Positions 49,101 to 62,060 of a stretch of 64,000 nucleotides of DNA are shown here, one piece after another. Made by a program: the position numbers and the translations under genes. The notes under the pieces are model-generated. The model worked only from the letters and a program-made list of their open reading frames with translations, was not told the DNA's origin and did no database searches. Position 1 is the stretch's first letter, and every line of letters starts with the position of its first letter. The stretch lies in the NCBI GenBank assembly GCA_904063045.1, contig CAJFCJ010000009.1, forward strand, positions 1,736,968-1,800,967, in the 5' to 3' direction. This stretch comes from Dimorphilus gyrociliatus (Eukaryota > Animalia > Annelida).

Positions 49101-52100
49101 CCATGTATCGTGTGGTGTAACCCTAGGAGCTGTTGGTTCACAAATATCATCTGGACCAGCAGAGATAGGACTAGTTCCTTCTTCTGTTTCTTCAAAAAGA
49201 CCCATTCTTTTGTCAACTGTATTTTGCCATGCCATTGACATTTCTTGCATAAATTGAGCCACAAATTGTGGTTTAGCACACAAAAGCCATTGCCAGCAGT
49301 CAAGAGCTATTTCCATATATTCTTGACCAAAATATTTTACAGGAGCCCAACAAATGGCGTGAATTAACTTTCTTGCGGGGACCGTTAAATGAACTTGCAA
49401 AGCCGTCACTCTATACAAATAATGCTTAAACTCTTCCAAATCTTTAGCTTTGCAATTACGGTTTAAATTGTCTGTTAATCTGTCAATTAACTCGTCAATT
49501 TTAATATCTAGTGCAAGCATTCCATTTATTTCTCCAGCTGACAAACTTCTCATATTTAACTGAGCCATAAATTTACCCGAATCTTTTTGCACGCAATTCG
49601 GTCTTTTCGATATAACCATATTCTATATTTAAAGGAAAAATAACTTGATATAATAAAATAATATCCTTAATAAATTATTTAAAAGTGATACTGTAAATAT
49701 ATATATATGTATATGGATATTAATCTTTGTGTATACATATGTATATATATAAATTTATACAGTATGCATGGATATAAATGTAAATTGTATAAAGCTACAC
49801 AAATTAATTTCATTTTGATGTAAGGGTTAAATAATAATTAATAATAATAAAACAATCAAAAAAGATTTGGGCTTGTTAGTATAACAATTGTAGTTATAGG
49901 CTTTTTGTCTTTTTTTTAAATTTAATTTAATATTAGAAAATGTAAGATATTTCAACAAAATACATTGATAATCAATATTTCTATCAATATTTAAATGTAA
50001 TTAAATGTTATATATTTTTTATTTATTTTGTGTTTTTTTTTTGTTTTTAATAATAAGAATATTAAAGACAGAAAATGTGTTTGGTTATAAAAAAAGATGA
50101 AGAAAAAATAAAATCTGTTGAGGAAGGAAAAATAAAATAAAAACTGAAAAACGTAAAAATCACGAAGACGAAAGTGAAGAAGAGAATTCGAAAAAATGAA
50201 CCGTGAGAACACTCGAAAATATAGCGTCATACCAAATCGACGAAACTCCCTTTTGTACTGAAACTTCTTGTAAGTTGTTTAAAGGAAGAACCCTTACTCA
50301 AGGTGATTAGAGTCGGTGCAGATCGAATCTTTACAAGAGTCTGCTAAATAGTAATAATTTGCTAGAATAACCTAGTTTATTATTTTGATATACTTTAGTT
50401 CTGCCTCGCGACAACCCTTTTTAATAACACTTTTATTTACCATTCAAGGTTTTAAAGCGTCTCTTTCCTTTTTTTTAGTCTTAATAGGCAATCAATTCAA
50501 AATAGGCATGCAAAAATTATTTTTTTTGCATTCACAACATTGAACAGTTTAAAGAATAAAAAAAATAAGTAGAAATTATAAGAGAAATAGCTACGAACCC
50601 CCAGTGATGCTGACCAAGGTGATACTCTCGTATAACCAGCATATTCCAATACAGTCTCCGTTATGAATGATAGATTCGTATAGCTTTGGGCATTTTTCGT
50701 GTTTGATTCCGTCTTAACTTCCCGAATATATTCAATTAGGTAGGAACGAACAGTATTTGGTGCCCATGTCATAGACTCTTTTAAGATGTCAACAACTCTA
50801 TTGGCGTAATCTTGAACGATTTTCTAAAATTTACGATGAGAACGTAATAAATAATCCAAGTGATAAGTGTTGTTTAAACTTTACCTCTCTACCGTTCATA
50901 TTATCCATTACCCGTAAACAATATGGAGTACCAGGTACTTTAAATTCAGGGGTGTCTTCATGTGGATCCTAAAATATAAATGCAAATAAGGGCATTTATT
51001 TTTTAGAAAAACAAAATTCGTTCATTATACTTACCATATCCAAAGACATGGAGAGAATTTGTAAAATATCTAACATTGTTCTAATTACCCTACCACTCCA
51101 TAGCACATAAGGAAATCTTTAATTTATTTATAAATAGTAAATTAATAATTTAATAAATATAAAAGTACTAGAAATTATTAAAAAAAATACTTACACATAT
51201 ACTAAATCTGTTATGCAGTAATCAGCAAAATACTTAATTCTATCAGTAATATGATTGAATTTAACTAATAAAAATTGAAAATGCTTTTCCATCTCTTGTT
51301 CCCTTTGTTCGCATTTCTCCTTTGACTTTTGAGTTTCTAAGAATATTGTAAAAGCTTTGTACATTGCCGCGCTCATACATTCGCATAAGTAGTCTAAAAT
51401 CAATCAGAAAGTAAGTACTTGTAAAGTTTGTTTCTAAATATATAATTAAGATATTTTCTTACTTTTATTTTTATTTAAGTTATGATCCTCTAAGTATCGA
51501 AAGAGTCTGTCTAGGATATCAGTACCGTTAGTATACTTTGCTCTAATTGTTTCCAATTTCAAAACTGATAAAATATGTCCACATCTATTAAAATCCTGAC
51601 TCATAATTGAACTCCTGATATTTTGAGTAAAGTGTTGATTATATTTCTGATCATTAGAATTTGTAATTTGAATTTCTCTTATTAATGTTTGTCTTAATTC
51701 GGCCAATTCGGTCTGAAAGAAGATTGCTTACTAAAAAAAGACAAAATCATAATTTATTAATACTTACAGCTCCAACAGTCTCATTTTTTATAACGCCTGT
51801 ATAATTTAATGATCTTGCCGTTTCACCCAGAGTAAGCATTGGAGATTTTGTAGCTACTTCGTAAACGCTATCAACCCATTCTGATGGCCATTGAGCTATT
51901 AAAATTAACCTTTAGATTTTCTATAAACTGTTTCCTTTTAATCAACAAACCCTTCTCTGTAAATCCCAAAGTAACGCAATATAACCAAAAGTCTCTAAAC
52001 AGCCCATGTAATCTTATATTTGGATTATCAACAGTAGGAACTGGTAGTCTTTTAATCAACTATAAAGAATAATAAAATTTTAAATATACAAAATAGTTTA

Positions 52101-55100
52101 TACAAATATTAAAATAAATACTTACAACTGCAATGACTGGAATAAGCATCCCCAAACTTCCGGCGAAACTTGAAGCCTATTAAATTAATTAAACAAATTG
52201 TAAAATAGAATAAAGGTTATTACAACAAATTTATATCTATTCCGCGGAAATAAAATATTCTATGCTAAACACGATGCATCTCTGATCTATGCCATTCCTT
52301 ATATCGTGAACAAAATCATGCTTTGTAAATAGTTCGATATGGGATTTACATATATATATATATATATAAATATACTTTATATAAGTAATATAAAGATAAT
52401 AAATACAGATAAAAAAAAACCATTTGCATGTTCATAAGAGATATAGAGATAGAAATAAAAAAAAAGTTTGTAGAGTTTTCAATTCAAGTTATAAAAATTC
52501 CTTATTTAGTTAATTCCCCTTTATATTTTTACTCTGTTTATATATAGTGCAAAGAGATTTTTTTGTAATAGAATAAAAAGCTAAAATATCATTTGGAAGT
52601 TTAAAAAAACAAACCACATTTAAGCATTCATTTCCTTATTTTTTTTATCAACTACCGTATCAAATTTAAACTTACCTTTGCAGTTGGAAAATTTGAATGT
52701 GTCAACTGAATGTGTGTTATAGTATTTTTAGGTGTTAGTTTGTGTACAAGATACAAAAAAAAAAAAAACGTTCAATCTTAGTTATTCATTTCTTTAAAAT
52801 CTAAGGTGATCCATCACTTGTATTGTATGTATAACTACACTTGTGTGTAAACTAAGATAAGTACCTTAAGCGCAAAATGCGCTTTTTCAGTTGCCCTTTT
52901 ACTTTCTAATCCCAATTGAACAAATACTTCTAATAAAGCCTTTAACATATCCATTAGTTCCGTTTCGCCAGTTAAATGGACTGCAATTTTGGCATAAGCG
53001 TCAATTGCAGCGTATGATACATGGCTATATTAAAAAAGAAGGAATTTACATTTTAAAAATAAAATAATAATTGTTAGTATTACCGATATCTGCTGACTTT
53101 TTGGGATTCTGACGTAATGCTACTTTCAACGCATATTGAATTTAAAACTTTAATTATATGTTCCCGAACTTGATCCTGATATGAATATTAAAGAGGGATA
53201 AAGTCAATAATCAATTATGGAAGAGATATAAAAGTTCATAGATAAATTACTTACACAACCACCAATGACCATGTAGGCAAACTGATCAACTATAAGAGTG
53301 TCAATAACTGACGGAGGATTGCAAAATTTTTGATTAAGCAGGGACATAACAGTTTCAACAACTTTTGGAATATGTTTTAATACAACTGCAACTCTTGCCA
53401 TTGTAAATATAGTATTGACGGTTACAATTTTAACTTTATTGTTTGTTAGTTCACTTTCCGTCAATTTACCAATTAGAGATAGAAGAAATGCATCAACACT
53501 GTTGTTATCTATTTCATATCCTGCTTCCAAAGCTCTAAAATATAATAAAATAATTTATATCTACAATAATTTCTAATTAATAATTACTACATACAAGCAT
53601 ATATTCTGTATAGCTGTATCTCTAAGTGTTTCAAATATTGCCGCCATTTTCATTTTAGAATTTTTTTGTAATGAGGTATCTAGTGTATCGAATACAATTC
53701 CTTCTGATGAAACCAATAACGATCCTAATCGTGCATATTTGTCATATTCGGAAGATTGAGAGTATTTTACATATTTAAATAAAATTGGTGCTGGGATAAC
53801 AAGAAAATCTCTTAATTCGCTCACAACCGACGACGCCATATGTGGAAATTTTTTTGCCAATTTACCAATAACCTATTTTAATATTTGTAAGACATCAATC
53901 AATAATATGCCTCTGAATTTATATATGTATACAAACTGATATTGCTGCTAGATGCAGTGGAAAATGCGTAGATAATAATTTAGGATCTAAACTATTTCTT
54001 AATTTCCTTTTTAAAACACCTTCCAACTTTTGAGCTTCTGTTATTTGTTAAATTTTTATTATATAACATGTTGACATAATATACAGTATATACAGTATAC
54101 TGTATTGTTTATCAATATGCTACTAACCTGCTTCGTCTTGCCTTGCCCAAATCATTAATTCAGTACAAGCCCTATTGCCCTGTACAGCTAAATCGCTAAA
54201 ATTATTAGTATGTTTGTCATTTGTTGCACTTGGATGAAGTTCTAGCTGAAGATAACCATTACCAGATAATGTGAAAACGAAATTTCTAATCTTATCATGA
54301 AACTCTTTGGGCAAATCTAAAAAAAGGAAGAAAATAGTATAAAGAGTATTTCAGTCGATTTAAAGAAATACAAACCTTGGCGGGAATGCAGTAAGTCTCT
54401 AAGCATAACTGAAACTGTAAATGTAATAACCTCTCCTAAACTTTTGTATGGATTATTTTTTCTCTTCATCGACTTTTTCGATCGCTAAAAGAATATTATA
54501 AAATATTTTATGGATTATAATATTTCTAGTAATACATTCAATTTTTACCAGTTTTTCATCTTTGCATAGTTGATCGAATTTATTTAATAGCTTCTTATTT
54601 ACTAAATCTTCAACTATGGTAAGTATTTCATCCAATTCGGAGCTTGACAAGTCAATCGCCTTACAAATTCTTATATTTAAAGATGGATCTTCTTTTTCGA
54701 CATCGCTAAAACACGAGCCGACTTTATTAAAATAGTGAGTTGATGGATCGATATTGTTGATATTCTTCACAACAGGTATTTCGAAGTGAGAGCGTCTTTT
54801 ATCATCATTACTCAATCGATTGTTCAAGTCAGATTGACTACTGTTAAAGAGAATTATGCAAGGTATGAAATTTCTTTCAATTTTGTGTTTTATCAGTAAT
54901 AGACAACTATTTAACCACTTTTAAATACAACGTTATAAATACACAAAACAATTAGTTGCTCGTACTATCTGCTTTACCTCACAAAAGATATTCAAATTCA
55001 CAACACTCACCAAAATGTACCCGACCTTATCGTGTCTGAATCCCCTTCACCGACAATGTTTAAATGCATTTGCTGCGACATTACTCGAGGGATAACGCTT

Positions 55101-56411
55101 CTGACCTGAAACGTTTTTTTAGGGGTAGTTGGGATTTTTTTCGGCTGAGCGGGCGTCTGCTTTAGTTGAGTTAATCCACGATGAGAGGTAAATAAGGAGG
55201 AATAAAGAGAAGCATTTTCGTTCAAACTCAATCTTCCAAAAGCTCTGATTGCTCCCAATAATACAAGAATAAGCCTTTTGCATTGTGCATCTAAATTAGA
55301 TAATTTAGTAATTATTCCGTGATTTATACTGCAGTTCCATAATTGACAACTTAAAGCAAAAAAGCTAGTCTTACCGTTTTCAGACGAAGTTAAGGAATCA
55401 GTTAATTGACGTAGAAGCTTAATTTGATAGCTGATTATCTAAAGATTAAAAAATATTACATTGTTGAAAACATTCATTTTCTTATATAATAGAAACTTAC
55501 ACTTGTCTTTAAAGAGTTATCTTTTATAATCACGTCATTTAGTAAGGTTATAATAATAAAGGAAAAACATTCCTGGGGAGGTAGTTCTTAATTGGGACAA
55601 AAGTATGAATTATTAGTAAATCGATAATCTAGAGGAAATTATGACTTACTGTAGTCTTCAGTAAATTGTGTCAAGTCCCACTCAAAATTCGGTAGTATTT
55701 CCAATATTTTTAGAAAGTAAGAAAGAATATCTTCTTTATGCTAAAATTCATAACAAAAAATATTATATCTATTATTATTTATTATCAATTTTGTTAATAC
55801 ACTTTGATTTTTCCATTAAAATCTTATTAAGTTCACTAGATGGCGGATGAATAATGGCAATCCCTTTTTTTATATATACATACATATATATATATATATA
55901 TATACGATATTTGAGACAGGATTTAACTTGTAATAATGCTCACTAAGCATATTTATTAATTTTTTTATTTAAATATAGTTAAAATAGATAAAAATAAAAC
56001 CTGAAGCTTTGATTCGATTAGAAATATTCCCAGGGCAATAATTGCATCTCGAGATCTCCTGTTGATTATTACAGAAGGTTGCGAATTGAAGACAGGACAG
56101 TGAGCTTTCAAACGATCGAGCTGTTCATAAAATAATTATAAATTCAATAAGATCAGATACGAAGACTGATAAAAATTAATAATGCTAAATAACAAATCGA
56201 TTTGTAAAGCGGCGAAAGGGATTTAGAAATTGGAAAATTGAACATATCAAAATAATATCAAAAATAAAAATCGATTTAAAAATTATTTTCACTAAATCTA
56301 ATCTTAAGAATAATATAAAACCTTTGCTAATGGTACTGCTTCTAAACTAGCTAAGGAACGAGCAAAATTCTGTAGATTCTGAGCGAAAAACGCTCGTCTC
56401 CTCTCCGCCAT
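46144..56411 (-). CDS. PI4KA: Phosphatidylinositol 4-kinase III alpha
   Basis: [11 protein letters not shown]-terminus; [14 protein letters not shown]; [14 protein letters not shown]; [14 protein letters not shown]; [16 protein letters not shown]; [28 protein letters not shown]; [13 protein letters not shown]. Confidence 0.95.
52676..52705 (-). other. Candidate 30-nt in-frame cassette microexon of PI4KA ([10 protein letters not shown])
   Basis: cag acceptor, gtaagt donor, ACTAAC branch-like motif upstream, phase 0/0 inside the 688-nt intron 52177..52864. Confidence 0.6.
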
Positions 56412-57012
56412 GTCTGTTTTCCTGTTGTCATCTGCATACGTTTTAGATGCTATCGTAAAAGTTTCTCTACCAGTTTCCTCCACATTCTGGTTTGACTATT
56501 ATAATGTTTTTTTATTAATAAAATAATAGCTATTCTATACATACCATTATATTTGTAAGTTATAAGTTGCACACATTAAACATAGCCGAATTTGTGATCT
56601 TGTTTCGCTGACAGTAGTGGACAAATTATAAAAGCCTACGCATAATTTTAAATAGAACTATGAGTTCAATGCCTCATACATACAAAAAAAAACTAGATAG
56701 ATTACTCAGTGGTCGATATTTTCGTTTAGATTTATTAGGCCTAACTTTTTAAAGTTTTTTTTTAGATATAAACAGTATTCTCGGTTAGTATTTATGACTA
56801 ATAAAATATCGAATTAGATAAATCTATACTAGTTGTTGGCGAAGTAATTATTGATTTTTGAGAACTTTTTTTTTATATTTGACTTTTATTAGAGAGAATA
56901 AATGAATGCGAAAAGAAAGTAGAAGTGAAAAATATTGATAAAACAAAGGTACAAAAACAATTATATCCCTTTGTAGAAGGAGCACTTTTAGTCCGTTATC
57001 CCAGGTTAATAT

Positions 57013-60000
57013 TTAATCAATAACTTCCCAGTCGTCTGTATTCAAACTATTAAGTCTTATAAACTCTTTATTTGTTGTATTTTTTAAGTGATGAGCTGTT
57101 CTTAGCAAATGTGTTTTTCTCTTAATGAGATGTCCTTCCTTCGTTATTGCCCATAGAGTATTGTCGCGGGAAGCTAAACGAGTGAAATAATATGATAAAA
57201 ATAGGAAACAAAAATAATAATAAATATAATCTTGATACGAGAAAAGACCTTTGATTGTTTACCTGATATATGATTAAAGTTACCAGGAATTTGTCTCCAA
57301 TAGTCACCGTGAAGGTTATTTTCATTTATTCCATGTCTAACAAACAGGCCATTACTGGTTGTCAAAGCATATACTGCATTATCACTTATAGCCAATTTGA
57401 CAGCTTTTATACCTTTTTTAATAACGACAAACATATACTGCTAAATTGGAATATATAAGAAAAGAGCTAATCTTTATACCTGGGATATACATCCAATCAG
57501 TTCCAATTGGAAGACTTTCTGTTATACCTTTTCTTGTGTATACACAATTCATAGAATCGATTGCCCAGATCTAATTAGAAAACATATATTAATTGACATA
57601 TTTATTCATAAGTCTGTCTACTATATAGATCTAACCATTTTGAAATTAAAACCGCTAAAAATAGAGGTTAAAAGACTTTGGCCATGTTTTGACAGACTCT
57701 CTTCAATTGGTATCCACGCAGCTGATAGAGAACCTGCAGATGGTGGTTCAATACTCATTCGGAGGTACAGCTTTCCTTTTTCATCAACAGACCAAGCAAA
57801 CTTTGAATTAATAGCTACAGAACATATTTTACTTTGTCCAATGAGCATTAAATCAATTGGTATCCAATTAAGACCTTGTGGACAGCCTGGTGATACACCT
57901 GATCTAGAATATATAGCCCCATCCGTCGATAGTACCCATAAGTACCATTCAACAGCACAAATACTAGATACGTCGAACGGAACGTTTCGAATTGCTAATT
58001 GAACTTCAAAAGCATATTGAGTTTTTGGCGATATACCAAAGAGTTTATTACACACTTGCTGAGACCAAACAAGATTGCCAAGCGAGTGAACGTTACGCCA
58101 AGGTATAGAATCTGCCATTCCAAGTGGAGTTGCTAGCTTCCATCTGTGACCCAACACGTTATCCTTGCAAATAAAAATACTTCTTGAACCAATCTCAGCA
58201 ACAAAAACGGCCGTTTTAGATGAGGAAGCCAGAACGGAAGTAGTGCCTACATTACTTAAGCTCTTGGAGAATGGGGTGGAATAAAACCAACGAGACAAGC
58301 TTCGTTTATTAACGTCATGAACTATAGGACTTTCAAGGGAGACCTGCATAAAATAACACATTGCATTGAAATAAAATAATTTATATATATACAGTATATA
58401 AATATATGCCAATATATTACCTGATAGACATTCCCATCACCGTGAGGATTTTCTTGAGTAACATTTGGAGCAAGCCAGATTAATCCTTTCTTGTCAATAA
58501 TCCATCCAATACCAAAAGAACCAAGACTTATGTGACGAATGTTTAATTGTTCGTTTATTCTTTTCACTTTGCACCACTTCACGGCAGATTCATCATCACT
58601 TGAAGTGAATACAGTAGCCCACAAAATACCCTCTACATCTAGAGCCCAAACAATATTATCTTTAGAAGAGATACTAGTTATCATTTTGGGATGTTCTATG
58701 GTTACAGAACGGAATGCTGGTCTTTGAGCAGATAGATTCTTTTGTAATTTAACAATACCATTATCTTTTTTAACATACCTATTATAAAATAAATGAAAAA
58801 CGAATAAATGAATTTTAATTCTTTTATGTATGCGAACCATGCACAATGCTCCATTACACAAATATCACTAACTTCTTTTAAAATATGAACCCATTTCAAG
58901 CCTGTTGGATATCTTTCAGTAATATGCTGTGCTACGAATACATTATTGTTATATAATCGCCAAAGAATAGTCGAAGAGTCATTAACAGAAATTTTATCAG
59001 CAGGCGCATCTTGAACTAAACGCCACATTGGGGCATTTTTCTGGAAAAAATGAATTGATATTAGTATATTGGCGTACATCTTCATATATGTATATATACT
59101 AATATATTCAATTATTTACCGTTAAATTGCAATAATGAAGCTTTTGTGATTTGTCAGTCAACCATATATATTTTTCGGATATACAAAAGTTTTGCACGAG
59201 TGAAGGAACCGACATTTCCGTCCAAATTTCCTCGTCAAGAATTTCAAATTCATCAGTGCTGGTATATTCGCTAATAGTCTCCTCTTCTACAGTATCTTCT
59301 ATAATCTTTTCCTCTTCCGTACAAGTTTGAGTTTCACGCGCATATATACTATTAAATTCTTCGTCGGATAGCGAAGCTGATGACGATAAAGAAGGCCTAT
59401 TTGATGTATTATCTCCATTGAATATTTCACACGGTAAAGAGAAATCTCTAGTTTCGTCATCATATGCTGACTCTTCTACTTCTAATGATTTTGATTCTGG
59501 CTGCAATTCTTTTTTTTCAACTAATTGTTCAGAATTTGATTTAATAGAGCATTCTTCAGCAGCCTGAGTAGCTTCTTCATTTTTAGCTTCAGTAACTATC
59601 TCCACGTCATCTATATTTGTATTCTGAACAACCGCCTTTTCTTGAACGTCTATATCTGTAGTTTGAGTATCATCTTCTTGAGCGTCTGTGTCTTTATTCT
59701 CAGTAACTTCCTCTTTTTCATTGCATTCCGTTTTAGTCTGGGAATTTGATTCATCTCTCACTTCAATTTCTTTGGGTTGATCCTTCACAAATTCCTTGGC
59801 CTTTAATTCACTGTCACTGTCATTTGTTTTATTATCAGTTAGGTCATTGGGGATGGAATTAACGTAATTAGAATCTTTATCATTATGACTCGATAAACTT
59901 ATAGTATCGGAGATAGAAGCTTCATTTGAACCCGAGCCGGAAGTAGAAGATACGAAACTATGAGAATCTTCATCTACTTTCTTTTTAGCCTTCTTTTTTT

Positions 60001-61548
60001 TCTTTTTCACTTTTACTGTCTTAATTGAAAATACAATAGAATCGTCAAAACTTTTTTTACCAATTAAGTCTAGATCCGGTGTATCTTCTTTAGCTGTGAC
60101 TGACTCTGCTTTAAGGTCAGTAGTAATTGGATCTGTTAATTTTTTATCAACTTGATCGGCGTTCTCAGAGGTTTCTTCCTCGGTCTTTTCTCTTAATTGC
60201 ATATCGGAAAGCATATCATATGCGGAATTGCTCTCAGACGGAGGATCAGATGGACTTTTATCCTCATTATACCTTTTACCTTCAGGGACAGTAAATGCCA
60301 TTTTATCACCAAATTTGGAAATATTTTTCCAAACTTTTGAAGATACGTCTTTAATTTTGTGTACTGCTTGTTCAAACTGTTCAATTTCCTGCGATTTCTC
60401 TTTTGATATAATTGAAAATCTATCATCTGGTTTGACGGCAACCCTTATAATATCAATTTTTGAGAATTTTAGTATAATAAATATTTCAGAGTCATAAACA
60501 CAAACATCTCTTATTGGAATGTTTTCAAGAGAATTAACAATTGTTCCACCAATAGTCATAACGAATAAATGTGAATTGAACCATGTAATTAAAAAGTTTT
60601 CTTGAAATTTTAATACTTTACCAAATTGTATTGTTTCATGCTCGTCCTTTACTTGTTGCTGTGAATTTAGTATTAAGGGAATTTTGGGAAATTTAGCCTC
60701 TTTTATAGCATCTTTAAAGAGTATTGTTTGTTCAACTTTTCCTGTAATATTTGCTTTCCATATTCTCATTCCTGGTCGGGAGGAGAAAATCTTTGGATTT
60801 TTCGGATCTTCAACACTTGAAAAAAAGCATGCGCCAAAATCTAAAAAAATCTTTCTCTCTTTAGATCCAATTTGTATTAGCTGATCTCCTTTATCTGTGT
60901 CAATTAAAATACTCCTTCTTTTCGTTGAAACGAGTAATACTTTTAGGGGTTTATGATAATCTAATTGAACGATTTCTTCGCCCTCCCTTGTTATTATTGC
61001 AGATTCAGTTTCATTGAGGCTAAAAAGCATGTCAGTACAAACAACAGTACCTTCTTCATCGCCAGAGAACAGATGTTGATTATTTTCTGATATACAAACA
61101 GTACTAACTGGTCTTTGATGCATCCCCTGAACTACCCATTGACTACCCTTAATAATATGACCGTTCTCTAATACAGCGGATAGTTGAAAAATGTATAAAA
61201 TACCAGTGCGGGTCCCAGCGAATACTAAGGTTTCGACGCTTTCTTTAATGGTTATGCAACTAACAACATCTGTCGGATCCTAGAAAGACACTCTTTTACA
61301 TAAATGTATAAAGAATACTTTCAAGAATGACTTACTTTACAACATAACTTTTCGATAGTTCTTTTGTCTCTGTTGTAGATGAAAACGCATCCATTATTGG
61401 ATCCTATAGCAATATATTTTGAATTGGCACTTATACAAGTTAATACAACATTTGTTGCATAAAGCATATAACGGCTGGCTCGTGGAATAAGATCTATTAA
61501 GGCATCAAGTCTTTCATGTTCCTCTAACAAAATACTTTCGGAACTCAT
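57013..61548 (-). CDS. TECPR2: Tectonin beta-propeller repeat-containing protein 2
   Basis: N-terminal WD40 (YIAIGSNNGCVFIYNR, LFSGDEEGTV, SSRPGMRIWKA), acidic linker with poly-Lys, TECPR repeats (VWALDVEG, LWVLSTDGAIYSRSGV), C-terminal LIR DDWEVID*. Confidence 0.9.
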
Positions 61549-61741
61549 TTTATTTATTGAGCGATAAAATGCGTATTTATCAAGTTACTCAATTTAAATT
61601 CCTTCAACGCTATATTCGATTCTGTTGTCAAGTTTCTTCATAATACTCAATCAAATTTATAATTCTCTATTCAGCTACAAAAAAAAATTATAGCATTCCT
61701 GTTGAACATCACATGGAAAGTAATTTGTTTACTTGGCAGAC

Positions 61742-61749
61742 TCACGTGA
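61742..61749. promoter_or_regulatory. CLEAR-like E-box TCACGTGA upstream of TECPR2
   Basis: ~195 nt upstream of the TECPR2 ATG; sequence match only. Confidence 0.35.
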
Positions 61750-62060
61750 TCTGTGGCAGACTGAAATGAAATTCGGTAACAATGGCTTAGTAATAACTAT
61801 GTACCTTGTACAAAATCGTTCTATTTCCGTAAACCGAACAAGTATTATTTTCTCATTATATCTATGTATTTAAACTATAATAAGAATTTAGTATCTTTTT
61901 TTCTAACTTTTAAAATAAATGATTTATTTAAAAGAAAAAACTCATTGTTAAATTTTTTGGGTTGAAGATAGTTAGAACGAAAATAACATTCAAAACCGGA
62001 AAAAATATGAACGAAATTGGAAAAACGAAAAAAATATTTGAAGAGAAAATAAAATATGAA

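Noticed and set aside
18608-55904. Scattered (TA)n tracts (e.g. ~18608, 26784, 30793, 45859, 52351, 55884)
   Set aside because: Ordinary intronic or intergenic microsatellites in an AT-rich genome.
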